Source: a virus (Duplodnaviria; Caudoviricetes). Taken from it: a stretch of DNA of 48,009 bases. The translations under genes and the position numbers were made by a program. The stretch's first letter is position 1; each line of letters begins with the position of its first letter. The stretch is from positions 1 to 48,009 of IMG/VR virus record IMGVR_UViG_3300044530_000382; one strand, given 5' to 3'. Below the pieces are notes generated by a model that was given only the letters and a program-made list of their open reading frames with translations, ran no database searches and had not been told where the DNA came from. Positions 36,925 to 44,780 of the stretch are shown here, one piece after another.

Positions 36925-37601
36925 TACAAACTCCCATTATGTTCGCATTGGGTACGGCACCATCGGGCGCAAAGTCCATTAGGCTTAGGATTCCATATGC
37001 CCGTATTATAAGACATTTCTCTCTGCGTCAACAGTTCATGCAGTGCAGCAAAGACATCCAAACCCCGTTCAACCGTCACTTCTTCTCTTACCGTTTCCTT
37101 GGACACCACAAACAGAAGCATCAGCTTTATCTTTTCAAGCTCTGGAAACTTCAGGAACAGTGCCGCTGCCATCAAATACAACTGCCGCATATCGGCGTAT
37201 CGCGCATTCTTGCTAGTCTTGTAATCGACTACATATCCTTTGGTCCCGTTAAGAATAGCCAAATCACAAATACCCCGGAACCATATATCACTGTCGTCGT
37301 AATCACATGCCACCAATCGTCCATCTTCTTTTTTCACTCCAACTTTAATTTCACAATGCTTTTCGCCGGGGATAGCCTTTAGCCTTTCTAGGTAAGGGCA
37401 TAAGTAATCATGTCTTTCTGGTATTGGTGTACCATCTCTAAGAAACTCTTCGCAGACTGTATGAATCTCCTTGCCGTAGAGTGTAGCAGTGGTGTCCTTG
37501 AACGGTACTTCCTTGGTGACTTTCTCACTCTGATACTTCCTTGGACAAGTGTCGTACAACTTGATCCCACTGTAACTCCACGGTCCCGGCTTTCTACTCA
37601 T
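36924..37601 (-). CDS. PD-(D/E)xK (Cas4/RecB-like) exonuclease
   Basis: WSYS....CPR, G..IH, RGICD, VVDYKT, QL, C-terminal LC..WC...C.HN. Confidence 0.85.
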   Translation of the reverse strand: MSRKPGPWSYSGIKLYDTCPRKYQSEKVTKEVPFKDTTATLYGKEIHTVCEEFLRDGTPIPERHDYLCPYLERLKAIPGEKHCEIKVGVKKEDGRLVACDYDDSDIWFRGICDLAILNGTKGYVVDYKTSKNARYADMRQLYLMAAALFLKFPELEKIKLMLLFVVSKETVREEVTVERGLDVFAALHELLTQREMSYNTGIWNPKPNGLCARWCRTQCEHNGSL

Positions 37602-38268
37602 ACGGTCTTGGTCCCTTTAGTTTCATCATGTCATATCCATACGCTTCACAGTGCCAGCGTTCATGAAAGCCGAAGCTCTTGCCTATCCAGTGTCGATACT
37701 TCTCTGGCGGCGTCTGCTCAATCGAAAACTGTGCGGCTATAGCATTCCCGGCAAAGCGAATATCTGCTTCCTTCTCCAATGCTCTTCTGAACATACGGCA
37801 GATCAGTGAGTCCTCTGGTGCAGTGTCCATGAAATACTCAGGTACTTTGATCTTAGCCAGCGTTTCATGCAGTTTCCTAGACCTTAACGAGAACCCACCA
37901 TTACCCACCATGCCATCACCCCAGATAGCGCCGATGTAGTCATACTCTAAGAACGCATCGGTCCATGCTTCAGCATTCACAGCAAACCCATCGTACTGAA
38001 TATAGAGGGCATGGTCGGTATCAACAAACTGCGGAATCAGATTAAAGCACAGTTCGTTCGTAGCGCGTATGAAGTTTTTATGTGAGTCATTCTGTATCGG
38101 GGGAATAGGAACCCAGACTACCTGAGTTCCCAAATCCTCATCAATCGCCCTGTCAGAGAACCAATAGACCTTACTGACCTTCTCGCCCATCACCCATAGC
38201 GTTTGCTTTATAGCCTCAATGCTCTTGTCATGGTAGAGCGTGTCGTAACAGACGATGCTAATGGTCAT
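37594..38268 (-). CDS. glycosyltransferase-like protein (DUF5672-like)
   Basis: LYIQYDGF...W...FLEYDYIGAIW..VGNGGFSLRS..L...PED..IC...A..FS.E..FGFH. Start at ATG 38268 avoids overlap with the upstream ORF. Confidence 0.75.
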   Translation of the reverse strand: MTISIVCYDTLYHDKSIEAIKQTLWVMGEKVSKVYWFSDRAIDEDLGTQVVWVPIPPIQNDSHKNFIRATNELCFNLIPQFVDTDHALYIQYDGFAVNAEAWTDAFLEYDYIGAIWGDGMVGNGGFSLRSRKLHETLAKIKVPEYFMDTAPEDSLICRMFRRALEKEADIRFAGNAIAAQFSIEQTPPEKYRHWIGKSFGFHERWHCEAYGYDMMKLKGPRPYE

Positions 38269-38269
38269 T

Positions 38270-38464
38270 TTAGTAATCGCACTCATCGCACTCATCGAGG
38301 ACTGCATTCGCTTCTTTCGCCGCTCTTCCAAACATACACAAGGCGTTACCATATAGAAGGGCTTGATTTTCGCCAAACCAAATAGTTGTACGCTCATCCA
38401 CCTTCAAAACTACATACAAATCGCCATCTGCATCTCTATCCATACCAATACTAATTTGCTTCAT
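38270..38464 (-). CDS. hypothetical protein
   Basis: 64 aa between the polymerase and the GT-like gene. Confidence 0.55.
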   Translation of the reverse strand: MKQISIGMDRDADGDLYVVLKVDERTTIWFGENQALLYGNALCMFGRAAKEANAVLDECDECDY

Positions 38465-40313
38465 ATATGTTCTCCAATTTTTTCATCTTAAATGACATAT
38501 CACTTCCATAACCTCCTTCGGCATCTAACGGCATATTCGGCAACCATGTGGGTGCTTTGCGTAGCTCGGTGATGATATCCACCCGTGCCTGTTCTGCCTC
38601 TTCTGCACGGACAATGAAGTATAGCGCATCGTGAATCGTCAGTCCAACGGGGTACACCTTATTGACCCGAACCATCGCCTCGCCCATCACACACCGCGCC
38701 AATGCCTGAATGATGTTCTGAAAACACTTCGCCGGGTGGATGTGAACCTGCCCCTTCCTTGTGCTATACACGTATTGTTTCCGGCCTTGCTCATCCTCTG
38801 TGATCTTCAAGCCGGGGTAGGTCATAAACAGACCAGAAGGTAGCTTTATTCCTTTTTCGCCATGCACCTCCAGCACTAACTCACCTAGCCCTATCTTTTC
38901 TTTCTCATTATTTATAATGGCATCCAATGCTTTCCCTGCATCGTACCAAGCGGCTCTGACACTGGAATAATCCCTCCTATAGATATTCACTACATTCTGT
39001 GCAAACTCTTCACCAATGTCTTTCCCTGACAGCATCTTACATTGAGCGCGTAGCTTCTTGGCTCCAGTGCCGTAAATCAAACTCAGCGAAGCGGTCTTGC
39101 CTACAAATCTAGCGTCGTCGTCAACCTCCTCATACTGCACATTAAAGGCACCAGCAGCGAAGTCCTTGTACAGGTCAAGTCCATCACCCAACATCTTCAG
39201 CTTATCATTCTGACCAGCAAAGGCTAACCCGACTCTCAATTCCACGTTGCTCAAGTCAGCACCTACAATGCTGTACCCCATAGGTGCCATGATTGCCTTC
39301 TTTAACTTAGAACCTCTTGGTATGTTCTGTAGGTTGATTGAGTCGATGGCACTCCATCGCCCAGTAATAGCCCCGTAGTATTTTAACGGTACGGGCAGTG
39401 CCCCTCCTGCCTCGTGGATGCTAATGAACCGCTCCGTCCTACTCTCCTCAATCGTGCTCTTCACCCCTAACCTAGCTGCCACGATAGCTTGCACTCGCTC
39501 GTCTTCATGCTCTAACAATGCCTTGAATGCTTCATCACTCTTAGCAAAGGCATAGGCTTCCTTGTTGGTTCTGGCGCTGATCTTTACGGGTGGCGCTACA
39601 TCGAACGCTCTCAATACTTCTGCCAACTTGGGGTTGGACATCAGGTCGTCTTTCTGAATACCACACTCGTCCAGCAATGTATCTTTTCTTGCTCTGACTT
39701 CTTCTAGGTGCTCATGCAGCAAATGCCCATCTAACATGAACTGCGGCATTGTGTGCATCTTGATCGTCATGTCGATCAAAGCAATCTCGGTCTTGTTGAA
39801 AGATGAAGCTAGTTGTCGAAACAACGCATAGGTCAGGTCCACATCGTTCTTGCAGTATTCCCCATACCGGGCCAATTCGACTTCACTGAAGTCTACTCTC
39901 CTCTTGCCCATTGCATCGACAACTTCAGTGCCCTTAACGCCAAGGCTGTACCGCTCAGCCAGCGTAGCCAGTGATCCTCCAGCATCTACACCATGCTTAG
40001 CACGGGCCATCGACAACGTATCAAGAATAACCTTGGGGAAGATACCAAACCGCCATGCCAGAATCGTGGCATCGAACAGGGCATTGTGCATCAGAGCAAA
40101 AGAGTTATTCCAGTCAAACTGCTTCAACCAACTTCTTGTCTCTGTAGCGGTCCCACTGAACCATACCGTAGGTTCATCGTTCTTCTTAACAGCTACCCCT
40201 ATGGTTTCAAACCTTTCATCGTCAATATAGCTTTGCGTTGTTATATCTTTCTTGGAGAGGCTGTATTCCTTGGAGTAGAAAGTCTCAAAATCCAACGTCA
40301 AAATGTCCATCAC
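38451..40313 (-). CDS. DNA polymerase, family A, with 3'-5' exonuclease domain
   Basis: DFET and HNALFD (exonuclease); TGRWS, NLQNIP; motif A ADLSNVELR; motif B RFVGKTASLSLIYG; motif C IHDA. Confidence 0.92.
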   Translation of the reverse strand: MMDILTLDFETFYSKEYSLSKKDITTQSYIDDERFETIGVAVKKNDEPTVWFSGTATETRSWLKQFDWNNSFALMHNALFDATILAWRFGIFPKVILDTLSMARAKHGVDAGGSLATLAERYSLGVKGTEVVDAMGKRRVDFSEVELARYGEYCKNDVDLTYALFRQLASSFNKTEIALIDMTIKMHTMPQFMLDGHLLHEHLEEVRARKDTLLDECGIQKDDLMSNPKLAEVLRAFDVAPPVKISARTNKEAYAFAKSDEAFKALLEHEDERVQAIVAARLGVKSTIEESRTERFISIHEAGGALPVPLKYYGAITGRWSAIDSINLQNIPRGSKLKKAIMAPMGYSIVGADLSNVELRVGLAFAGQNDKLKMLGDGLDLYKDFAAGAFNVQYEEVDDDARFVGKTASLSLIYGTGAKKLRAQCKMLSGKDIGEEFAQNVVNIYRRDYSSVRAAWYDAGKALDAIINNEKEKIGLGELVLEVHGEKGIKLPSGLFMTYPGLKITEDEQGRKQYVYSTRKGQVHIHPAKCFQNIIQALARCVMGEAMVRVNKVYPVGLTIHDALYFIVRAEEAEQARVDIITELRKAPTWLPNMPLDAEGGYGSDMSFKMKKLENIYEAN

Positions 40314-40615
40314 ATCCTCTTTCTTATTTCTTCCATCAGCACAGTTTTTAGACTGTCTAAATTTTCCTCATTGACTATCATAGCCACTCCACCAGCGTCC
40401 CTTATTCTTTGCAGTTCTCTGTCCTGTAGTGCTGTGGTCTTGCCCTTTCCTGCCTTTGCTTCGATACCGAAAAAAATGCCATGCAGACATCCGACGATAT
40501 CGGGTACACCATTCTGTGAATAGGCACCGCCAATAGGGGAGAAACTGTAACATCCTAGCTCCTTGAGTATGTCTTTAATCTTTTTCTTGACTAATCCTTC
40601 TTTTGTTGTTGCCAT
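40310..40615 (-). CDS. VRR-NUC domain nuclease (putative resolvase)
   Basis: E..VK..I, GVPDI, FFGIEAKAG...T.LQ......I..AGG. Confidence 0.85.
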   Translation of the reverse strand: MATTKEGLVKKKIKDILKELGCYSFSPIGGAYSQNGVPDIVGCLHGIFFGIEAKAGKGKTTALQDRELQRIRDAGGVAMIVNEENLDSLKTVLMEEIRKRM

Positions 40616-40743
40616 GACTTTACCTCCTCGATAAATTCTTTAAGCACTAATATCGTTGTTACAGCCAATAATAAGGATATAAAAATTCCTAGCATCATCA
40701 CCATTACACAGAAAGCCCCGTCCACCAAAAATTCTAAATTCAT
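40591..40743 (-). CDS. small membrane protein (50 aa, not in track)
   Basis: Read by hand: MNLEFLVDGAFCVMVMMLGIFISLLLAVTTILVLKEFIEEVKSWQQQKKD*; ATGA overlap with the upstream ORF. Confidence 0.55.
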   Translation of the reverse strand: MNLEFLVDGAFCVMVMMLGIFISLLLAVTTILVLKEFIEEVKSWQQQKKD

Positions 40744-40967
40744 TGTAGTGTGACCCCTTGATTATCTCTGCACATCATCGCCACGTTCTTTTGTATGCTC
40801 ATGAGGACTCCATCCAACACCGTCTGCTGCTCATCCTCTGGAAACTCTGAGATAGTCAAAGCGGTAAGGTATCCCATTGCATTCAATGCTGTCTCTACAG
40901 AGGCATCGACTTTCTGAAACGTAGCATCTATAGCCTCCACTGCTGCGCTAAACTCTTCTTCAGTCAT
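40740..40967 (-). CDS. hypothetical protein
   Basis: SD GGAG, ATGA-coupled; acidic helical 75 aa. Confidence 0.6.
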   Translation of the reverse strand: MTEEEFSAAVEAIDATFQKVDASVETALNAMGYLTALTISEFPEDEQQTVLDGVLMSIQKNVAMMCRDNQGVTLQ

Positions 40968-42145
40968 TGCTGCTCTCCTAGCTTTTTAAGTTCTTCGCAC
41001 ACTTTCTCTATCACAGGCTCCCAGCGTCGATCCGCCCCCTGCCTGAACACACGGACAGACGGATACCACGGAGTCCTTTCCCCCTCAAACATCCACCGCC
41101 AATCACACACATAGGGCACCAGCACCCATGTCGGCACTCCCATCGCTCCAGCTAAGTTTGCTGTCAGTGTGTCCACTGTGATGATGAGGTCTTGCCCCGT
41201 TATTGTTTCCGCTAGGTCTTCTACATCCTCAATATCTTCCTTCTCCATATCTGTGTACTGCATATAGTCAGCATCGCCAGCGCGTATATCTTTCTGTACA
41301 CAGGTAAAGGCGAAGGGAAGGTTAAGGATAGGATGAAAGAATGGTAACGGTATGGAACGGCGCTTGTCGTTTAAGTGGAGTATATTTCCTGACCATGCGA
41401 GTCCTATCCTCTGTAGGGGCTTATCCTCTTGCCAATGGCGCGATTTAGCAACATAAGGCGCAGTCGGAATCGTTCCTATACCGTCCTCGAAGATGTACCC
41501 CAGACTTCCTAGATTGGTATAGTAGTCTGTGTTGGGGTCTTCCCCTGAAAAAAATATGAAGTCCCTATCAAACTCTGCAAAAAACAATTCCCACAACGGC
41601 TCACTCACATTCAGATACACTCTCTCAGCATCCAACTCAGCTACTCTACGTAGCCACCGCGCAAAGAAAATCTGATCTCCTAGCCCTTCAGTGCCTTCGA
41701 TGAGGAGAGTTTTGCCGATCAAAGATTCCTTACCATCCCATGTGTTTTCTGGTTTGTTCTGAAAGCGGTCTTCAAAGTAGGTGAATCCTACACCGATGTC
41801 ACCTTGGCCTAAACTTATCTGGCCTGATAGGGCATCGCACTCAGGGTTTTCTGCCTTACATAATGGTAGCTCTGCTTCATTAAACTTCTTCTGCTCTATA
41901 CGCGACGTACCTAGCATAGCCCATGCCTCTGTGTAACCCCCATCCAACTTCACCGCCTTCTTAAAGCACTCCTCGGCTTCCTCAAACATGTCCTGCCTGA
42001 ACTTGGCTAGCCCTAGGTTGTACCAAAGCTGGGGACTCTTATCGTCGTGTTTCAAGCATTCAAGGAACACATCCTCTGCTTGTACGTTATCACCTAGCTG
42101 TAGGGCTAGGAGTCCTTCATTGTTCTTCTCTTGTATGTTCATCAT
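40964..42145 (-). CDS. TPR-repeat glycosyltransferase (GT-B, family 9-like)
   Basis: TPR motifs WYNLGLA and AWAMLG; EGLGDQIFFAR; IGLAWSG; DLIITVDT..ANLAGAMG; DWRW...TPWYPS.RVFRQ. Start at MMNIQ (42145/42142) with SD GGAGG. Confidence 0.85.
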   Translation of the reverse strand: MMNIQEKNNEGLLALQLGDNVQAEDVFLECLKHDDKSPQLWYNLGLAKFRQDMFEEAEECFKKAVKLDGGYTEAWAMLGTSRIEQKKFNEAELPLCKAENPECDALSGQISLGQGDIGVGFTYFEDRFQNKPENTWDGKESLIGKTLLIEGTEGLGDQIFFARWLRRVAELDAERVYLNVSEPLWELFFAEFDRDFIFFSGEDPNTDYYTNLGSLGYIFEDGIGTIPTAPYVAKSRHWQEDKPLQRIGLAWSGNILHLNDKRRSIPLPFFHPILNLPFAFTCVQKDIRAGDADYMQYTDMEKEDIEDVEDLAETITGQDLIITVDTLTANLAGAMGVPTWVLVPYVCDWRWMFEGERTPWYPSVRVFRQGADRRWEPVIEKVCEELKKLGEQQ

Positions 42146-42269
42146 CTTCTTCCTCCTCTTCCCATCCACCATCAAAAAACATATCGTCGCTCATGGCCCA
42201 CTGCATGAAACAGTACACAAGCCACAACACAGCAATGGCTCCTAAACCCAATAGCAATACTTCAGTCAC
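42117..42269 (-). CDS. small membrane protein with acidic tail (50 aa, not in track)
   Basis: Read by hand: GTG start with SD AGGAG, MTEVLLLGLGAIAVLWLVYCFMQWAMSDDMFFDGGWEEEEEDDEHTREEQ*. Confidence 0.55.
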   Translation of the reverse strand: MTEVLLLGLGAIAVLWLVYCFMQWAMSDDMFFDGGWEEEEEDDEHTREEQ

Positions 42270-42411
42270 TCTCTTTCTCCTTAACTACCAAATACACTCT
42301 CTCACTCTCAGGGCAGTAGTAATATCTAACACCCCGCCACTCATCTATTGAGTGAGGCATACCACATACCTTACAGATAGCCTCGCCTTCACGGGGGATA
42401 AAGTCTGTCAT
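42262..42411 (-). CDS. small Cys-containing protein (49 aa, not in track)
   Basis: Read by hand: MTDFIPREGEAICKVCGMPHSIDEWRGVRYYYCPESERVYLVVKEKESD*; ATGA overlap. Confidence 0.5.
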   Translation of the reverse strand: MTDFIPREGEAICKVCGMPHSIDEWRGVRYYYCPESERVYLVVKEKESD

Positions 42412-42791
42412 TCCTTTTCCTCCCATTCAACATACGCAATCACTCCGCCAACTGAAAACCCTTCTGCGATCTCTTTGCTCGGATGGATGTTTCCTAACCA
42501 CCTTTCTTTACCCTGCCCATAAATATTAGCCCACCCCTCACGCTTCACAGTGCGCGGCTCAACGCGGTACTCCCAGTCTTGATACCATCCGGGGTTCATT
42601 TCGCGCAACCATTCCATATTAGCGTCGGCCCTTCCTTGAATTGTTGCGCCCTCTGCCCATTCGTGGATAAGGTCTGCGTGTTTATGTTGTTTGCTCATTG
42701 CTGTATCTCCTTTCATCTTTTGATTTACTCCGTTGGCCAATTGCATAAGGTGTTCACGAAGTTCATCTTTCGTAAGCACTTTATTGCTCAC
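42408..42791 (-). CDS. hypothetical phage protein
   Basis: HKHADLI..WAEG..IQ...P.W....EYR..P motif; internal SD+ATG (MSKQHK) may be the real start. Confidence 0.6.
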   Translation of the reverse strand: MSNKVLTKDELREHLMQLANGVNQKMKGDTAMSKQHKHADLIHEWAEGATIQGRADANMEWLREMNPGWYQDWEYRVEPRTVKREGWANIYGQGKERWLGNIHPSKEIAEGFSVGGVIAYVEWEEKE

Positions 42792-42991
42792 GGTAAAGCC
42801 TCCCTTCCCATGCAGTCATAAGCATCGTTGCTGATGTATTCGTGTTTTCTTTCTGCGTCTTCTGCAAACCGTACCTCAATCAATGCTTGTGCGAAGTCTA
42901 GGATTTCTTCTTTGCTAAAGAACCAAATAGTTTCACCATGATAAAAACTGTTATAGCGGTGGAGTATTTCGATAATCTTTTCTTCAGTCAT
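42788..42991 (-). CDS. hypothetical protein (paralogous N-terminus with 43424-43810)
   Basis: MTEEKIIE...FAQALI..R.AED. Confidence 0.6.
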   Translation of the reverse strand: MTEEKIIEILHRYNSFYHGETIWFFSKEEILDFAQALIEVRFAEDAERKHEYISNDAYDCMGREALP

Positions 42992-43221
42992 TGCTCAATC
43001 CTCTCCACGAGAGCATCTACACAGTCAAACCACTTATCATGATCGCCTTGCCACGAGACCTCCTCAATGATCTGCTTAATCCGCTCCCGCTCGGCTTTTT
43101 GTCCAAGCTGGTACATCTCGCGTGCAAATAACATCGCGCTTGTATAAGTAACATGGTATCTATCATCTGACGGCCATTCAAACCATGTCCCCGCTATTGA
43201 CTTGATTTCTTCAATAGTCAT
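42988..43221 (-). CDS. hypothetical protein
   Basis: MTIEEIK...FA......G..AERER; ATGA coupling. Confidence 0.6.
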   Translation of the reverse strand: MTIEEIKSIAGTWFEWPSDDRYHVTYTSAMLFAREMYQLGQKAERERIKQIIEEVSWQGDHDKWFDCVDALVERIEQ

Positions 43222-43442
43222 TGATCAACCTCCTTTACCCTCTCAACCACCGCTTTCAGATACACCATTTGGCGATCTGCGCAGCCAACATTTCCGTGTC
43301 TTTCCGCCGCTTCAATCACCGCTTCAGCCTTCTCGATTAGCTCGGCTAATTCCGTCTCCAGCCGGTCAACTCTCTCGTTTAATTCACCGCCGCAGCAGTC
43401 TTTGCTGCCGCAGATTGGGCATCTCATTCCGCTTTCCCCCAT
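43218..43442 (-). CDS. hypothetical protein with CxxC
   Basis: CPICG..DCC followed by a coiled coil. Confidence 0.5.
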   Translation of the reverse strand: MGESGMRCPICGSKDCCGGELNERVDRLETELAELIEKAEAVIEAAERHGNVGCADRQMVYLKAVVERVKEVDQ

Positions 43443-43810
43443 ATTTTCCGTTCGATGGCGAGGGCAAAAGTATAAGCACTAGCGTCTATGCCATAAGAAA
43501 ATCGATGGTTCTTAATCACGTCATCTATCTCCTCACCCGTCAGCCGCGCTTTGGGTTGTGGGCGGCGATAAAGTGGGATGGGGCGCCCAGCTAAAAATGC
43601 TGGGCTATCTGAAAACGTACAAGTAACATCCCAGTTCAGTTTGCCATTCTCGTCAGTCTCAACCCATAAGAATGGCTCATCGCCATCCTCTGCAGGTCGT
43701 GCATCAATCAATGCTTGCGCGAAGGCAATTACTGCCTCTGTCGACATTGCAAACTCCGGCGAATCGTCGTCAAACTGAGCGGCCAGCTCGATAATCTTTT
43801 CTTCAGTCAT
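43424..43810 (-). CDS. hypothetical mosaic phage protein
   Basis: MTEEKIIE; EP..W...PLY; LT.EEI...FA.AIE modules. Confidence 0.6.
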   Translation of the reverse strand: MTEEKIIELAAQFDDDSPEFAMSTEAVIAFAQALIDARPAEDGDEPFLWVETDENGKLNWDVTCTFSDSPAFLAGRPIPLYRRPQPKARLTGEEIDDVIKNHRFSYGIDASAYTFALAIERKIWGKAE

Positions 43811-44235
43811 TGATCTTCCCCTCCATCTATAGCGTTATAAAGAAAGGCAAAAGCAGACTCCGCTCTTGGCCCCCACTCTGACTCTCTACCGCCTGCCATG
43901 TCGATACAATTCTGTATTGCGTCTTTGTATTTCGACTCACTATTCTGCGGTGGGCAGCGATAAAGCGGCTGAACCCAATCTCTATAAGTCGAAGATGGAT
44001 TTCCTTCCAGAAATTCTTTCTGGAAACCCTCGTTGCCGCGATACATATAAAAGTCATGACCGCCTTCGCCATCGAACTCCATCCAGGCCACCGGCTCATC
44101 GTCATCCTCTGCAAGACGTGACTTTAGCAGGTCAATGGTTTGCTCAACTTGGAATAACTCAGCGTCGTTATCCCCTCGGTAATTGAAGAAGCTCAAAGCA
44201 TCAAGCGATTGTTGGAATAATTCTCTGTCTGTCAT
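43807..44235 (-). CDS. hypothetical phage protein (EPVAW...PLY type)
   Basis: Likely start MTDRELFQQSLDAL with SD GGAG; EPVAW and QPLY motifs. Confidence 0.6.
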   Translation of the reverse strand: MTDRELFQQSLDALSFFNYRGDNDAELFQVEQTIDLLKSRLAEDDDEPVAWMEFDGEGGHDFYMYRGNEGFQKEFLEGNPSSTYRDWVQPLYRCPPQNSESKYKDAIQNCIDMAGGRESEWGPRAESAFAFLYNAIDGGEDQ

Positions 44236-44410
44236 TGCTTTCTCCGATTTATACAAGGTTTTGTTAACCTATATTAACTTTGCTATAAAGGGTGACTCCC
44301 GTGATTTTTGACCGACCTCCCATCCAGTGAATGAAAAGTAAGTGCCGGGAGTCATTGGACTCTTTACCTGCTTGTATCAATTCTCAGTTTTCTGATACAA
44401 ATTGATGAAA

Positions 44411-44495
44411 GGGTGAAGCGGGCGGGGTCGGCACTCCCGTTAACAGCCGTTTGCCTATGGGCTGGCCAGCCCCGGCTGATCCTGATGCGCTTCAT
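44411..44495 (-). ncRNA. candidate structured tRNA-like/C4-like RNA
   Basis: Closing stem TGAAGCG/CGCTTCA; internal stems CAGCCG/CGGCTG, GGGCTG/CAGCCC and CGGG/CCCG; 3' ACCC. Strand is uncertain. Confidence 0.4.
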
Positions 44496-44501
44496 TGTTC
44501 T

Positions 44502-44780
44502 TTATCTACGCCTATCTCGGTTCTTCACCGTCGCATATCCGTTTCCGTTTCCGTATGCGTACCCATATCCGTTTCCGTATCCATCTCCTCTTCCCCATAC
44601 GTCTCCATATCCCTGTCCATTCCCGTATCCCTGTCCAGTCCCATAGCCATTTCCATATCCATGTTGATATCCATATCCACATCCATCTCCACATCCATCT
44701 CCATATCCGTTTTCGTATCCGTATCCATCTCCACCCCCGTCTCCATCCCCGTCTCCATTTCCTTCGCCAACGGTGCGCAT
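44502..44780 (-). CDS. Gly-Tyr/Asp dipeptide-repeat protein
   Basis: ATG overlaps the upstream TGA (TGATG); MRTVGEGNGDGDGDGGGDGYGY... (GX)n. Confidence 0.55.
   Translation of the reverse strand: MRTVGEGNGDGDGDGGGDGYGYENGYGDGCGDGCGYGYQHGYGNGYGTGQGYGNGQGYGDVWGRGDGYGNGYGYAYGNGNGYATVKNRDRRR
44530..44765. repeat. degenerate hexamer tandem repeat (GGATAT/GGAGAT/GGAAAC on minus strand)
   Basis: TCC recurs every 6 nt on the plus strand, which keeps several frames open. Confidence 0.85.

Noticed and set aside
36924-37601. Cas4-like nuclease as evidence of CRISPR-Cas
   Set aside because: A standard stand-alone phage replication-module exonuclease; no other cas genes or arrays.
44411-44495. Canonical tRNA gene
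   Set aside because: No TTCGA T-loop, D-arm or 7-nt anticodon loop; kept only as a tRNA-like candidate.
44502-44780. Possible CRISPR array or DGR repeat
   Set aside because: It is a degenerate coding hexamer repeat with no repeat-spacer structure. No reverse transcriptase or TR/VR pair was found in the window.
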